Positions 19,690 to 29,651 of a stretch of 64,000 nucleotides of DNA are shown here, in pieces (the first letter of the stretch is position 1; each line of letters begins with the position of its first letter). Below the pieces are notes generated by a model. That model was given only the letters and a program-made list of their open reading frames with translations. It made no database searches and was not told the origin of the DNA. The stretch is taken from positions 4,448,001 to 4,512,000 of the forward strand of contig OZ244744.1 of assembly GCA_965219455.1 (NCBI GenBank). The letters run 5' to 3'. Source of the DNA: Candidatus Latescibacterota bacterium (GTDB taxonomy: Bacteria; Latescibacterota; UBA2968; GCA-2709665). Position numbers and translations under genes: made by a program.

Positions 19690-21306
19690 TTAATCTACCG
19701 ACTCACAACGTTTTCGAATTGTCACCAGGCCCAGGCCTTCGGTCTGCAGGGCTGCACGAAAGACACGGCGCATGCGAGCCTCCGGATCTGTTTCTTCTAC
19801 CGTCCAGACCGAGTCGACGCCGCAGGCCACCGCCACGTCGTTGATGCCTACGACCGGACCAGGTTTTCCGGCGATCCGGACGCCCCGATCGGGGGTGGGT
19901 TGGCCTCCGGTTGTGAGTGAGCCGGCGTTGTCGAGTACCACAAGCAGCAGGTTGGCGCCGGTTGATCTGGCGTGGATCAATGCGTTGACGCTGCTGTGGT
20001 AGAAAGCCGAGTCGCCGGTAATGGCCACAGCGCGTTCACGCACCCCGGCCTTCTGGAGTCCCAGAGCCGCGCCGATCGCGGACCCCATACACAGCTTGGT
20101 GTCGAGGTGTTTGGCGGCAATGACGACGCAGCCGGGATCGGCGGTGAGGTATGGGTTCTGACCCAAGGCAGCCGCTTCTTCGCGCAGGGCGGCGAGGATG
20201 TCATTGTACGGGCAGCCGGCGCAGTGTGACTTCCGGAATGGCTTTTCCTTTTGCCAACCCGCTTCGGTGAAAACCCGCTTCGGGGTCAGGTCGGGGAGAC
20301 AGGCCTTCAGCGCTTTCTGTATCTGCCATCGGAAGAGTTCACCTTCTCCCGGGACATGACCGCTGCGTTTGCCGATGACTCTCGGGGTGACGCCCGCGTC
20401 GTATCCGATGGTCTTGATGCTGTCTTCGAGATATGGGTCCACTTCTTCAAGTACCAGGACCTGCTTGCACTGTTTCAGGAAATTTGTGATCAGGCCCCCT
20501 GGGAGGGGATAGAGAGAGCCGAGTTTCAGGCGCCTGAGCTCCGAGGTATCCGCACCTTCAAGCGCGTCCTGAAGTTTGCTGTGGCCGAAACCGGATGCGA
20601 TCACCCCCAGTTCTCCGGCGCCCTCGATGCGGTTGAACGGGATTTTTTCGAATGTCTCCGAGATGGCCTGGAGCTTTCGATGGAGTCTTCGATGGTTGGG
20701 TATGCAGTTGGACAGGGACGAGATCCAGCGCATCGGTTCCCTGTCTGGCGCGAGTGCCGGCTGCGACGGGGGCCTGTTGATGGCCGGTTGGCCGGCTTCG
20801 CAGACGCTGAAACTCCGGGTGATGCGCAGGATGACGACCGTTCGGAACGACTCCGAGAAGTCGAAAGCCCAGCGCATCATTCGCCGGCCCTCCTCCGGGG
20901 TTGCGGGTTCCAGCATGGGGATTTCGGCAAGGGGGCCGAAAAAACGGCCGTCCTGCTCGTTCTGCGATCCCCAGGCGCCCGGGTCGTCGCCCAGAAGAAT
21001 CACCAGCCCGGCGTGCACGCCGGTCATGTTCAGAACCATGAGGGTGTCCAGCGCCACGTTCATGCCCACGCTTTTGGTGCACACGAGCACCCGTCGGCCA
21101 CCCTGGGAGACGCCCGCGGCAACGTCCAGGGCGATACGTTCGTTCAGACACCACTCGGCATCGTGGCCATATTCGGCTGCCGTGTCGGCGAGCGCGGTAA
21201 ACGTGCCTGTCCCGGGGGAACCGGGATATCCGGTAACGCAGCTGACACCGGCCTCGATCGCGCCCCAGGCTAGCGCCGTGTCTCCGTTGATTCGCAATGC
21301 ATTCAT
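19690..21306 (-). CDS. Indolepyruvate:ferredoxin oxidoreductase alpha-subunit-like TPP enzyme, lacking the C-terminal ferredoxin domain
   Basis: GAIEAGV..VTGYPGSP, NERIALD.A.G, KSVGMNVALD, DDPGAWGSQNEQD.R, CAGCP, DPGC, TPP motif GDSAFYH...VLDN, TGGQPTP. Confidence 0.85.
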   Translation of the reverse strand: MNALRINGDTALAWGAIEAGVSCVTGYPGSPGTGTFTALADTAAEYGHDAEWCLNERIALDVAAGVSQGGRRVLVCTKSVGMNVALDTLMVLNMTGVHAGLVILLGDDPGAWGSQNEQDGRFFGPLAEIPMLEPATPEEGRRMMRWAFDFSESFRTVVILRITRSFSVCEAGQPAINRPPSQPALAPDREPMRWISSLSNCIPNHRRLHRKLQAISETFEKIPFNRIEGAGELGVIASGFGHSKLQDALEGADTSELRRLKLGSLYPLPGGLITNFLKQCKQVLVLEEVDPYLEDSIKTIGYDAGVTPRVIGKRSGHVPGEGELFRWQIQKALKACLPDLTPKRVFTEAGWQKEKPFRKSHCAGCPYNDILAALREEAAALGQNPYLTADPGCVVIAAKHLDTKLCMGSAIGAALGLQKAGVRERAVAITGDSAFYHSSVNALIHARSTGANLLLVVLDNAGSLTTGGQPTPDRGVRIAGKPGPVVGINDVAVACGVDSVWTVEETDPEARMRRVFRAALQTEGLGLVTIRKRCESVD

Positions 21307-21436
21307 CCGGTCTCTCCATTGTGATTCGGCATTGTTGCAGTCGGAACAACGATGGTACCCGTACATCCCGGGCTTGTCAAGCGGGAAAGGGAATGTGACG
21401 GGGTTACCGCAGTTCGAGGGCCGAAGGAACTGTGGC

Positions 21437-22813
21437 TCAGATCAATCCGATGACTCGCCAATAGAGGAAGTTGAGCGGTATAAGAAGCAGGAGCGAGACC
21501 AGCGCGAGGAGCACCATGAGGCGGATGAATTGGCCCATATGCACGTAGCGAAAGCTGTAGGCCAGGATGAATGGCGCTGCCTGGTATGGAAAGAAACCGC
21601 AACTGGCGACAATGGCCATACAGAGGGCGGCGGGAATCGGAGCCATGCCGGTCTGGGCGGCCACGTCAAGGAGTACCGGGGTGAGGATTGCGGCAACCGC
21701 AGCCGTATCCGCCAGAAAATTGAAGGGCAGAATGAAGGCGGAGAGCAGACCGAGTTGGGTGAACAGACTGCCATCGAAACGACCAAGCCAGTCCGTAAAC
21801 AGATCGGCGAGCAGGGGGCTGAAGCCCGTGGTTTCGAGGGCGTGTCCAACGGAGAACGCAGCGGCAATGTAGATGAGCAGGGGAAAGTTGATCTTTTTCA
21901 GAAGGTCAGGGTGCAGGGGTCCCCATCCGGGGAGATAGCAGGCCAGAACAAGCCCCAGACCCACGTAGGCTGGGTGGATGCCGTGTAGCGCGTCGGTCGC
22001 CCATAGCAATACCCCCGCGAGCAGGATGCAAAGGGTCTTTTTCTCTGCAGGCGTGACGCCGTCGGGGACGTCGGATTCGACGTCGAACTGCGCCTGAATG
22101 GGGGATTCCCCTCGCAGGGGCAATAACAGGCGGATCAGCAGGTAACAGCACGCGACCCGGCAGAGGGAGAAGATTGGAAAGAGATACAGCGTCCACTGGC
22201 CCCAGTAAACGGTGATGTCGCGGGATTCGAGAACGCCGAAGACGATCAGGCTGGGCACCGAAGCGGTAAGGACCCCGGTGCCGCCGTAGTAGGTAGAACA
22301 TGCCACAGAGAGAATCAGCGCCGCACTCACCCTGGATCCTGGCGGTTCGCCGAGCGTCCGGAGCAGGGTGATAATGAGGGGCATAAGGATCAGGATCCGC
22401 ACGACCCCCGAGGGGATGAGAAGCGCGGACAGCATGCCCAGGACGTGGAGTGCCAGGATGAGCCCGTTCAGGCTCCCGATGTGTCCCAGGACCAGGCGAG
22501 AGATCCGGGCGCCCAGCGGGGTTTCAGTAATGCCCAGGCTGAGCGCCATGCCGGCGAAGATGAGCCAGACGGTTTTGCTTGAGAAGGGCCCGAAGGCGGT
22601 TTCAAACGGGAGGACATCCAGGATGGGGAAGAGGACGATCAGCAGCAGCGAACTGTATTCGAGGGGGACGGGTTCGAAGGTCCACAGCACAATCGTGGCA
22701 AGAGAGAGCGCCAGCGCCAGGCGCGGCACGGTACCGATATCGCCCGGGTACAGAATGACGACCAGCGGCAGAAGGACGGCGAGAACAAGCCCGGCGGCGG
22801 TTTTTCGGGTCAT
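21437..22813 (-). CDS. SLC13/DASS family anion transporter
   Basis: Many TM segments; LWTFEPVP, WLIFAG, LIPSGVVR, GGTGVLTASVP, LWATD..HGI, FFPYQAAP. Confidence 0.85.
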   Translation of the reverse strand: MTRKTAAGLVLAVLLPLVVILYPGDIGTVPRLALALSLATIVLWTFEPVPLEYSSLLLIVLFPILDVLPFETAFGPFSSKTVWLIFAGMALSLGITETPLGARISRLVLGHIGSLNGLILALHVLGMLSALLIPSGVVRILILMPLIITLLRTLGEPPGSRVSAALILSVACSTYYGGTGVLTASVPSLIVFGVLESRDITVYWGQWTLYLFPIFSLCRVACCYLLIRLLLPLRGESPIQAQFDVESDVPDGVTPAEKKTLCILLAGVLLWATDALHGIHPAYVGLGLVLACYLPGWGPLHPDLLKKINFPLLIYIAAAFSVGHALETTGFSPLLADLFTDWLGRFDGSLFTQLGLLSAFILPFNFLADTAAVAAILTPVLLDVAAQTGMAPIPAALCMAIVASCGFFPYQAAPFILAYSFRYVHMGQFIRLMVLLALVSLLLLIPLNFLYWRVIGLI

Positions 22814-23854
22814 AATAGGCGTGCCTTGATATTTCGTGCGAAAATGCAAGACGGAAAATAGACAAAAAACATAGAAAATGCAATGAAATTAACAGGTTAT
22901 GTGTGATCGAGTCTATTGACGCGAGATTCTGATTTTTCGTCCATGGTGTTCCGGAACGATAGCCGACGCACTTCGTTTCAGCCACACATGGAACTTGACC
23001 GAATTTAACAAATATCGTAATCTTCCTCTTTCGATCTTGATTGTGGGGTTCCCGGACGAAAATCAATTTGAAGAAACGGATTGTTAGCGAAGTAGGTTTT
23101 GGCTTGCTTGCGAATTTACCTGGATCCCGGCTGAGGGACCCTTCGCGGTGCAACACCCTATTGGACTTTGGATATCGGAAACCTCGAAATTAGCCAGCGT
23201 CGGCCCTCATGTAGTCAAACTGCGGGAAAGGATCAGGAAGTTCATTCCTAGAATTGACTACACCGCAGTCTTGGATATTTCGGACAGGCGCAGGCTTGCG
23301 GAGTTTCTCAATTGGGTACTGACGAACGACCGCGTTCGCAACGACGGAGCGGTATGCGTAAGGAACTCTCAAGCGACGGCATCATCAAATGGGAGGATCG
23401 GAACCAAGGGTTATGCGATCTCGTCCGATGCTGACCGTGTTTGCAGTCCAAGACCGCCCGTACCAAATTCGAGGAAACCCGTTATCTGTTCCTCAGCTGT
23501 CCGGCGACGTATGCGGCGGCAGCACGGTCCGACTCCAAATTGTGCCGGTTCTCTATCCGTGGCGCATACCAACCGTTTGCGCTTTAGTCTGACTCAGACC
23601 GCTGTCATGATCAGAATTTCTTGCGAGGTCGGATTGAAATATGGTTGATCGTCGCATTGGCAGGTGATGGCAAAGCGGTCTCCTTTATTTTGGATCGAGC
23701 CCTCCCTTGCGGCACCGATCATCTATATTAGCAATTTACATAGAGCCCATCTCTTCAAGAAGTGAATAAAGTAATTCCCGTGAAAGTAGCGGAAAAGATC
23801 CGCCTCGATTTATTCGATTAAACATACGTAGATTCTAGCATTTAGAGAGGATGT

Positions 23855-25705
23855 GTGCCCGTGAGCAAGTTGAACCAAAAAATCGAAGCCAGAGATCGAA
23901 ATGTCCAGGAAGTACTCTATAAAAAAAAGTACACTGTTGACTATTTCCAGCGGGAGTTCAACTGGGAAGCCAAGCACATCGAGCAATTGGTCACAGATTT
24001 ATCGACGGCTTTTCTTAATGAATACACTCCTGGCGATACGCGAGAAAGTGGAGAGCAATACAATAATTATTATCTCGGTCCATTTGTCATCAGTGAGACC
24101 GAAGTAGCCCGCAGCATCATTGACGGCCAACAACGTCTGACGTCTCTCACGTTGTTGTTTATGTATCTAAATAACCTTCAAGGAGAATTCGGCATAAACG
24201 AAGACATCACGCCGATGTTGTTGTCCGAATATCGAGGTAAGGAGTCCTTCAATATTGACGTTAATGAGCGTACAGAGTGTCTGAAACAGTTGTACAATTG
24301 TGGCAAATACATCGCCAAAGACGATGATGATCCATCCACAATTAATATGGCAGAAAGATATATAGATATTGAGCACGCATTTCCGGAAGAACTCAAAGGT
24401 GATATCCTAAAGTCATTCATTGACTGGCTGAAATACAACGTCATATTGGTTGAGATCGTAGCATACTCAAATGACAACGCCTATATGATATTCGAAACTA
24501 TGAATGATCGCGGTTTGAATTTAACCCCTACCGAGATGTTAAAAGGCTTTGTTTTATCTCGCTTTAAAAATCCAATTAAAAGAGAAGCCGCCAATGAGTA
24601 TTGGAAGAAGGCCGTCCAGACGCTGAATAACTTCGATAAAGATGAGGATCAACGCTTCTTTCAAGCGTGGCTGCGAGGTCAAAATGCAGAATCTATACGC
24701 CAAGGACGTGCAGGATCACGAAATGAAGATTTCGAAAGGATCGGAACGCACTTTCATAGTTGGGTCCGCGACAATCTAACGAAGATGGATCTTCATCTCA
24801 AACCGTCGGACGGTTTCGAAAGGTTCGTCGACGTACGTCTGAAATTCTTCTTGAAGGCGTATTTGAGAATGTGCCACGGGAGAAATTCTCTATGCAAGGA
24901 GTTAGAACACATATACTATATCCACCAATGGGGAATTGCTCAATCACTAAGCTATCCACTGTTGCTTGCTCCGCTTTGTTTGAGTGACAGTGATCTGATG
25001 GTGGACATGAAAATGAACACCGTGGCGAAATATATCGAAGCCTTTGTTGTACGCCGTTCTGTGAATTTCCGCAAATTCGCGGCTAGTTCGATTCGCTATA
25101 CAATGTACTCACTGGTAAAGGAAATTCGCGGAAAGGACATTGGTGAGTTGCGATCTATTTTGGCAGATTCGCTGGACCAAATGGAAGAAAAACTCGAAGG
25201 AATGCCTTACTTTCGGTTACATGGACAAAATGGTCGATTTGTAAAATTCCTGTTGTCTCGAATTACAGCGTTTATAGAACAAGAAGCAGGCATGAACACT
25301 ACCTTTGAGACTTATTTTCGCAATCCCGTCGGCAAGCCATTTCAAATAGAACATATTTGGGCCGACAGGTTCGATAAACATCTTGATGAGTTCGAGCAGG
25401 AGACGGATTTTGACGAATTTAGGAATCGGATTGGTGGCTTAGTACTTCTACCTGAGGGAACCAATCAGTCGTTTAGCGCGAAACCCTACAATGAGAAATT
25501 GGAGCATTACATCAGAGAGAACCTTCTGGTACAATCACTCTGTGAATCGGCATACGTAAACAATCCCAATTTTCTATCGATGATTCCAATACTAGATTTG
25601 CCGTTTGAACCCCATACGCAATTCAAAAAGACCGATGTTGAGAAACGTCAAAAGCTGTATCAACGTATTTGTCAAGTCATTTGGGGTGAGTTTAACTCAA
25701 ACTAA
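23855..25705 (+). CDS. GmrSD/SspE-type DUF262 + DUF1524 (HNH) nuclease, putative type IV restriction enzyme
   Basis: DUF262 motifs FQREFNW, IIDGQQRLTSL, IFETMNDRG.NLT. C-terminal IEHIW...NRIGGLVLL...N.S His-Me finger region. AT-rich codon usage. Confidence 0.88.
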   Translation: MPVSKLNQKIEARDRNVQEVLYKKKYTVDYFQREFNWEAKHIEQLVTDLSTAFLNEYTPGDTRESGEQYNNYYLGPFVISETEVARSIIDGQQRLTSLTLLFMYLNNLQGEFGINEDITPMLLSEYRGKESFNIDVNERTECLKQLYNCGKYIAKDDDDPSTINMAERYIDIEHAFPEELKGDILKSFIDWLKYNVILVEIVAYSNDNAYMIFETMNDRGLNLTPTEMLKGFVLSRFKNPIKREAANEYWKKAVQTLNNFDKDEDQRFFQAWLRGQNAESIRQGRAGSRNEDFERIGTHFHSWVRDNLTKMDLHLKPSDGFERFVDVRLKFFLKAYLRMCHGRNSLCKELEHIYYIHQWGIAQSLSYPLLLAPLCLSDSDLMVDMKMNTVAKYIEAFVVRRSVNFRKFAASSIRYTMYSLVKEIRGKDIGELRSILADSLDQMEEKLEGMPYFRLHGQNGRFVKFLLSRITAFIEQEAGMNTTFETYFRNPVGKPFQIEHIWADRFDKHLDEFEQETDFDEFRNRIGGLVLLPEGTNQSFSAKPYNEKLEHYIRENLLVQSLCESAYVNNPNFLSMIPILDLPFEPHTQFKKTDVEKRQKLYQRICQVIWGEFNSN

Positions 25706-25835
25706 TTCAACAATAATCCTGGTGAGCATATTCACTTTGTTTACGGCAAATGTTCCGGGTTCTTAGTGGATCTCCAGCGCTAACACCTGATCGATAAGGT
25801 GTAACCCGTACACGCCTCCTACTGAACCGAGAGAT

Positions 25836-28688
25836 ATGACTCCGCAAGAATTCATAACCAAATGGCGGGACGTCGAACTGAAGGAACGCTCTGCCGCACA
25901 GGAGCACTTTATTGACGTGTGCCGCTTGGTCGGCGAGCCGACGCCGGTCGAGGCCGACCCTACGGGAGAGACGTTCTGCTTTGAGAAGGGTGCGTTCAAG
26001 GAAGCAGGCGGGGATGGCTGGGCCGACGTGTGGAAGCGACATTGCTTCGCTTGGGAGTATAAGGGTCGACACGCCGATTTGGACGCGGCTTTCACCCAGC
26101 TTCGGCAATACGCGCTGGCATTGGAGAACCCACCGCTGCTGATTGTCTCAGACATGAGTCGGTTCCGCATCCGTACCAATTGGACCAACTGTGTCAGCAA
26201 GACCTACGAATTCGCAATTGAGGACTTAACCGATGCCGCCGTCCGGGAAAAGCTCAAGTGGGCACTCACCGAACCTGAGCGGTTACGGCCCCACGAGACC
26301 AGGCACGCTCTAACCGAACGGGCGGCAACGGCGTTCGCATCGGTGGCGCAGGCCTTGCGCGAACGAGGCCATGATCCGCAGGCGGTTGCACATTTTATCA
26401 ATCGCCTGGTCTTCTGCATGTTCGCCGAAGATGTCGGGCTTCTACCGAAGGATCTCTTCACGCGTATGCTAGAACAGGCGCGGCGCCATCCGCAGCAGTT
26501 TGCCAACTGGGCGCGTGAGATATTCGGCGCTATGTCCACGGGAGGCTGGGTCGAGTATAAAGAGATTTTGTGGTTTAACGGTGGGTTGTTTGACGATAAT
26601 GCGGCGATATCACTGGAAAAGGTCGAAATTGAGACAGTCCGCCAGGCTGCGGCGCTGGAGTGGTCGGAAGTTGATCCTTCCATTTTGGGTACGCTGTTTG
26701 AGCGCGGCCTGGATCCCGACAAACGGGCGCAACTGGGAGCGCACTATACGGACCCTGACAAGATAATGCGCATCGTCGCGCCGACGATAATTCGACCGTG
26801 GCTGACAGAGTGGGAAAAGGAGAAAGAGGAGATCGCCGCCACGCTGAAACGAGCGGAGTCTGCCCGGTCTGCTCCTGTTCGAACTCGACTACGCCGTCAG
26901 GCCGAACGGCGCAAGGATACGTTTCTACAGCGGCTTCGCTCTTTCACCGTCCTTGACCCGGCCTGTGGATCCGGCAACTTTCTATACATCGCCTTGCAAG
27001 CAATAAAGGATTTGGAGCATACGGTGCAACTTGAGGCCGAGGCCTTTGAATTCCAACGCTCGTTTCCCGTGGTCGGCCCAGCCAACGTTAAAGGCATCGA
27101 AATCAATGCCTATGCCGCGGAGTTGGCACGGGTGTCAATTTGGATCGGCGAGATCCAATGGATGCGGCGCAACGGTTATGGCTGGGTGGAAAATCCGGTT
27201 CTTAAACCGCTCAATAACATCGAATGCCGCGACGCAATCCTCACCCCGGACGGGGATGAATCGGAATGGCCAGATTCCGATGTCATAATAGGTAACCCGC
27301 CGTTCCTGGGAGGAAAGTTTCTTATCTCGCACCTGAGTGAGGAATATGTGTCTCGGATGTTTGCGGCGTACGACGGCCGCGTACCGAGAGAAGCCGACCT
27401 TGTCTGCTACTGGTTTGAGAAGGCGGGTAAGCAGATCGCTTCCGGAACCTCCACGAGGGTCGGTCTCGTCGCCACCAACTCCATTCGGGGCGGCGCCAAC
27501 CGTCGTGCTCTGCGTGCCGCGACTGAGAAGGGGCGGATTTTCAATGCATGGAGTGACGAGCCGTGGGTTATTGACGGAGCGGCTGTTCGGGTGTCACTCA
27601 TTTGCTATTCACGGAATGACGGCAAGTTTGTCTCCGGCATCCGCCTTGACGGCGAAAACGTGGATGAGATCTTTACCGATCTTACGGCACGCGACGGTGG
27701 CAGCGGGATAGACGTCACAAAGGCCAGGCGTCTTATGGAGAACTCGAACGTCGCATTCATGGGTGACACTAAGGGCGGTCCCTTTGAGATCGGAGGCGAT
27801 CAAGCTCGTGAATGGCTCAAACTTCCAGCAAATCCGAATGGCCGCACGAATGCCGACGTATTGAAGCCGTGGATAAACGGAATGGATGTAACCAAGCGTT
27901 CCTCGGGGAAGTGGATCGTCGACTTCGGGTGGACGATGTCAGCCGCCGACGCTGCTTTATTCGAAGAGCCGTTCCGGTGGGTTCAGGAAAGAGTCTATCC
28001 GATGCGAAAGACAAATCGCCGAAAAGCCTATCGGGAGTATTGGTGGCGGCACGTTGAACCTAGACCAGGCATGTGGGCAGCGCTCGACGGCCTAACACGA
28101 TTTATCGCGACACCCACCGTCTCCAAGTACCGTCTGTTTGCCTGGCTGGACGTGCGAATTTGCCCGGATCATCAGCTAATTGCGATAGCGCGCGACGACG
28201 ACACGAGCTTTGGTATCCTCCACAGTCGGTTTCACGAATTATGGTCGCTACGGCAAGGAACCAGTTTGGAAGACCGGCCTCGCTATACACCCACCACTAC
28301 CTTCGAATCCTTCCCCTTCCCCGAGGGGCTTTCGCCCGACGTTGCCGCTTCTGAATACGCGAATGAACCGCGTGCAGTCGCCATCGCCGAAGCAGCGCGG
28401 CAATTAGTAGAACTCCGCGAACGATGGCTCAATCCTCCCGAATGGGTGGAATGGGTCGACGAGCCGGTTCCTGGTTATCCCAAACGCCCGGTACCGCGTG
28501 ACGAAGGCGCGGCCAATGAACTCAAGAAACGCACGTTGACCAATCTTTACAACGACCGACCCCAATGGCTTGCCGACGCTCATGCGGCGCTTGATACGGC
28601 AGTAGCCGCGGCATATGGCTGGCAAAACAATATTTCCAAAGAAGATGCACTACGAGAATTGCTAGCGTTGAACTTGGCAAGGACGTAA
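25836..28688 (+). CDS. MmeI-like (Type IIL/IIG) single-chain restriction-modification enzyme, N6-adenine methyltransferase
   Basis: N-terminal nuclease motif GWADVW...FAWEYKG; RLVFCMFAEDVGLLP; FNGGLF; ILGTLFE; LGAHYT; motif I VLDPACGSGNFL; motif IV IIGNPPFLGG; LVATNSIRGG; C-terminal RPRYTPTTTFESFPFP. Confidence 0.9.
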   Translation: MTPQEFITKWRDVELKERSAAQEHFIDVCRLVGEPTPVEADPTGETFCFEKGAFKEAGGDGWADVWKRHCFAWEYKGRHADLDAAFTQLRQYALALENPPLLIVSDMSRFRIRTNWTNCVSKTYEFAIEDLTDAAVREKLKWALTEPERLRPHETRHALTERAATAFASVAQALRERGHDPQAVAHFINRLVFCMFAEDVGLLPKDLFTRMLEQARRHPQQFANWAREIFGAMSTGGWVEYKEILWFNGGLFDDNAAISLEKVEIETVRQAAALEWSEVDPSILGTLFERGLDPDKRAQLGAHYTDPDKIMRIVAPTIIRPWLTEWEKEKEEIAATLKRAESARSAPVRTRLRRQAERRKDTFLQRLRSFTVLDPACGSGNFLYIALQAIKDLEHTVQLEAEAFEFQRSFPVVGPANVKGIEINAYAAELARVSIWIGEIQWMRRNGYGWVENPVLKPLNNIECRDAILTPDGDESEWPDSDVIIGNPPFLGGKFLISHLSEEYVSRMFAAYDGRVPREADLVCYWFEKAGKQIASGTSTRVGLVATNSIRGGANRRALRAATEKGRIFNAWSDEPWVIDGAAVRVSLICYSRNDGKFVSGIRLDGENVDEIFTDLTARDGGSGIDVTKARRLMENSNVAFMGDTKGGPFEIGGDQAREWLKLPANPNGRTNADVLKPWINGMDVTKRSSGKWIVDFGWTMSAADAALFEEPFRWVQERVYPMRKTNRRKAYREYWWRHVEPRPGMWAALDGLTRFIATPTVSKYRLFAWLDVRICPDHQLIAIARDDDTSFGILHSRFHELWSLRQGTSLEDRPRYTPTTTFESFPFPEGLSPDVAASEYANEPRAVAIAEAARQLVELRERWLNPPEWVEWVDEPVPGYPKRPVPRDEGAANELKKRTLTNLYNDRPQWLADAHAALDTAVAAAYGWQNNISKEDALRELLALNLART

Positions 28689-28730
28689 CGATCACGGGCA
28701 GTTTTGAGCAAAACGAGGGCAGGGTCTGAA

Positions 28731-29651
28731 ATGGAAAACCACTTGTTAATGCGGACCTTAGAACGTGACGGCAAGAGCCTCAAGTGGGACCGCGCGCGCA
28801 TTGAAATATTCGAGTCTCTCATTCGAGAAACTTCCTTTTTTTTCGCGGAGCTCGAACGCTCAATGCCTAACCCTTCACCGTTCGACGAAGGTGAAGCCCT
28901 TGGCCAATGTCTCAACGGATCTTACGATCAGCAACAAGCCAAATCCTGGATTGTTGTCCATTTATACGGACATGCGGTTCGGCAGGCAAACGCGATAGGA
29001 ATACTAATTGAACAGTCGTGCATTCGAGCGGGGCTTCAGCTATGGCGGTCGCTCTTTGAAGCTCACGTGATTTGCGATTTTCTTGTTAAGTCATGCAAAG
29101 ATACGCCGCAAGTCTATCAAGATTACATTAGCCATAGTCTATTGCGGTTCGCCATTCGTCACAAGGAGAACTACAATAAACTTCGCAGGGAGAAGAGAAA
29201 GCAACCCTACTACGACGAGTCCGAAATCTGCTCCATGATACAACAATTCAAACGCAAATATGGTTCTCCATCCAATGACTATTCCTGGACAAAGTCGATC
29301 CTTGGAAATTCGACGAAGTTCAGGACAATATTGGATCGGACGGAAAGCGATATGAAGATTTTCTACGATTTAAGTTCGAAGGAAGTTCATCCTACGATCG
29401 GACATAGATTCGCCTTAGCTGGCGTTCGTCTGCCCTTGCCAATGGTTCCTTTGATGCCTTTCAACGATGAATTCAAAATTGAGCAGATGTACCTCGACTA
29501 TTTGACTGCCAAGCCATTGGCCCAAATGACCAACCAAGTAGGTGACACTCTGGTTCTCGACGAACCAATGCGGCAGCACTTTGCATCTCTTCAGGCATTG
29601 GGTACAGACGTGGTCGGCAAGTTGGCTGGAGAAATGTCAATCAGTGATTGA
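28731..29651 (+). CDS. DUF5677-like helical protein (possible HEPN-related RNase)
   Basis: WRSLFEAHVICDFL (RxxxE), YSW and FYDLSSKEVHPT (YxxxSxxvH) match my recollection of the DUF5677 pattern. AT-rich. Begins 42 nt after the RM gene. Confidence 0.6.
   Translation: MENHLLMRTLERDGKSLKWDRARIEIFESLIRETSFFFAELERSMPNPSPFDEGEALGQCLNGSYDQQQAKSWIVVHLYGHAVRQANAIGILIEQSCIRAGLQLWRSLFEAHVICDFLVKSCKDTPQVYQDYISHSLLRFAIRHKENYNKLRREKRKQPYYDESEICSMIQQFKRKYGSPSNDYSWTKSILGNSTKFRTILDRTESDMKIFYDLSSKEVHPTIGHRFALAGVRLPLPMVPLMPFNDEFKIEQMYLDYLTAKPLAQMTNQVGDTLVLDEPMRQHFASLQALGTDVVGKLAGEMSISD

Noticed and set aside
23148-23648. 166-aa ORF as an intact gene
   Set aside because: No RBS, no family motif and an implausible C-terminal half. 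Treated as possible decayed sequence.
25836-28688. BREX (PglX) or DISARM methyltransferase
   Set aside because: No brxC/pglZ or drmABC genes are present, and the protein carries its own N-terminal nuclease motif in an MmeI-like layout.
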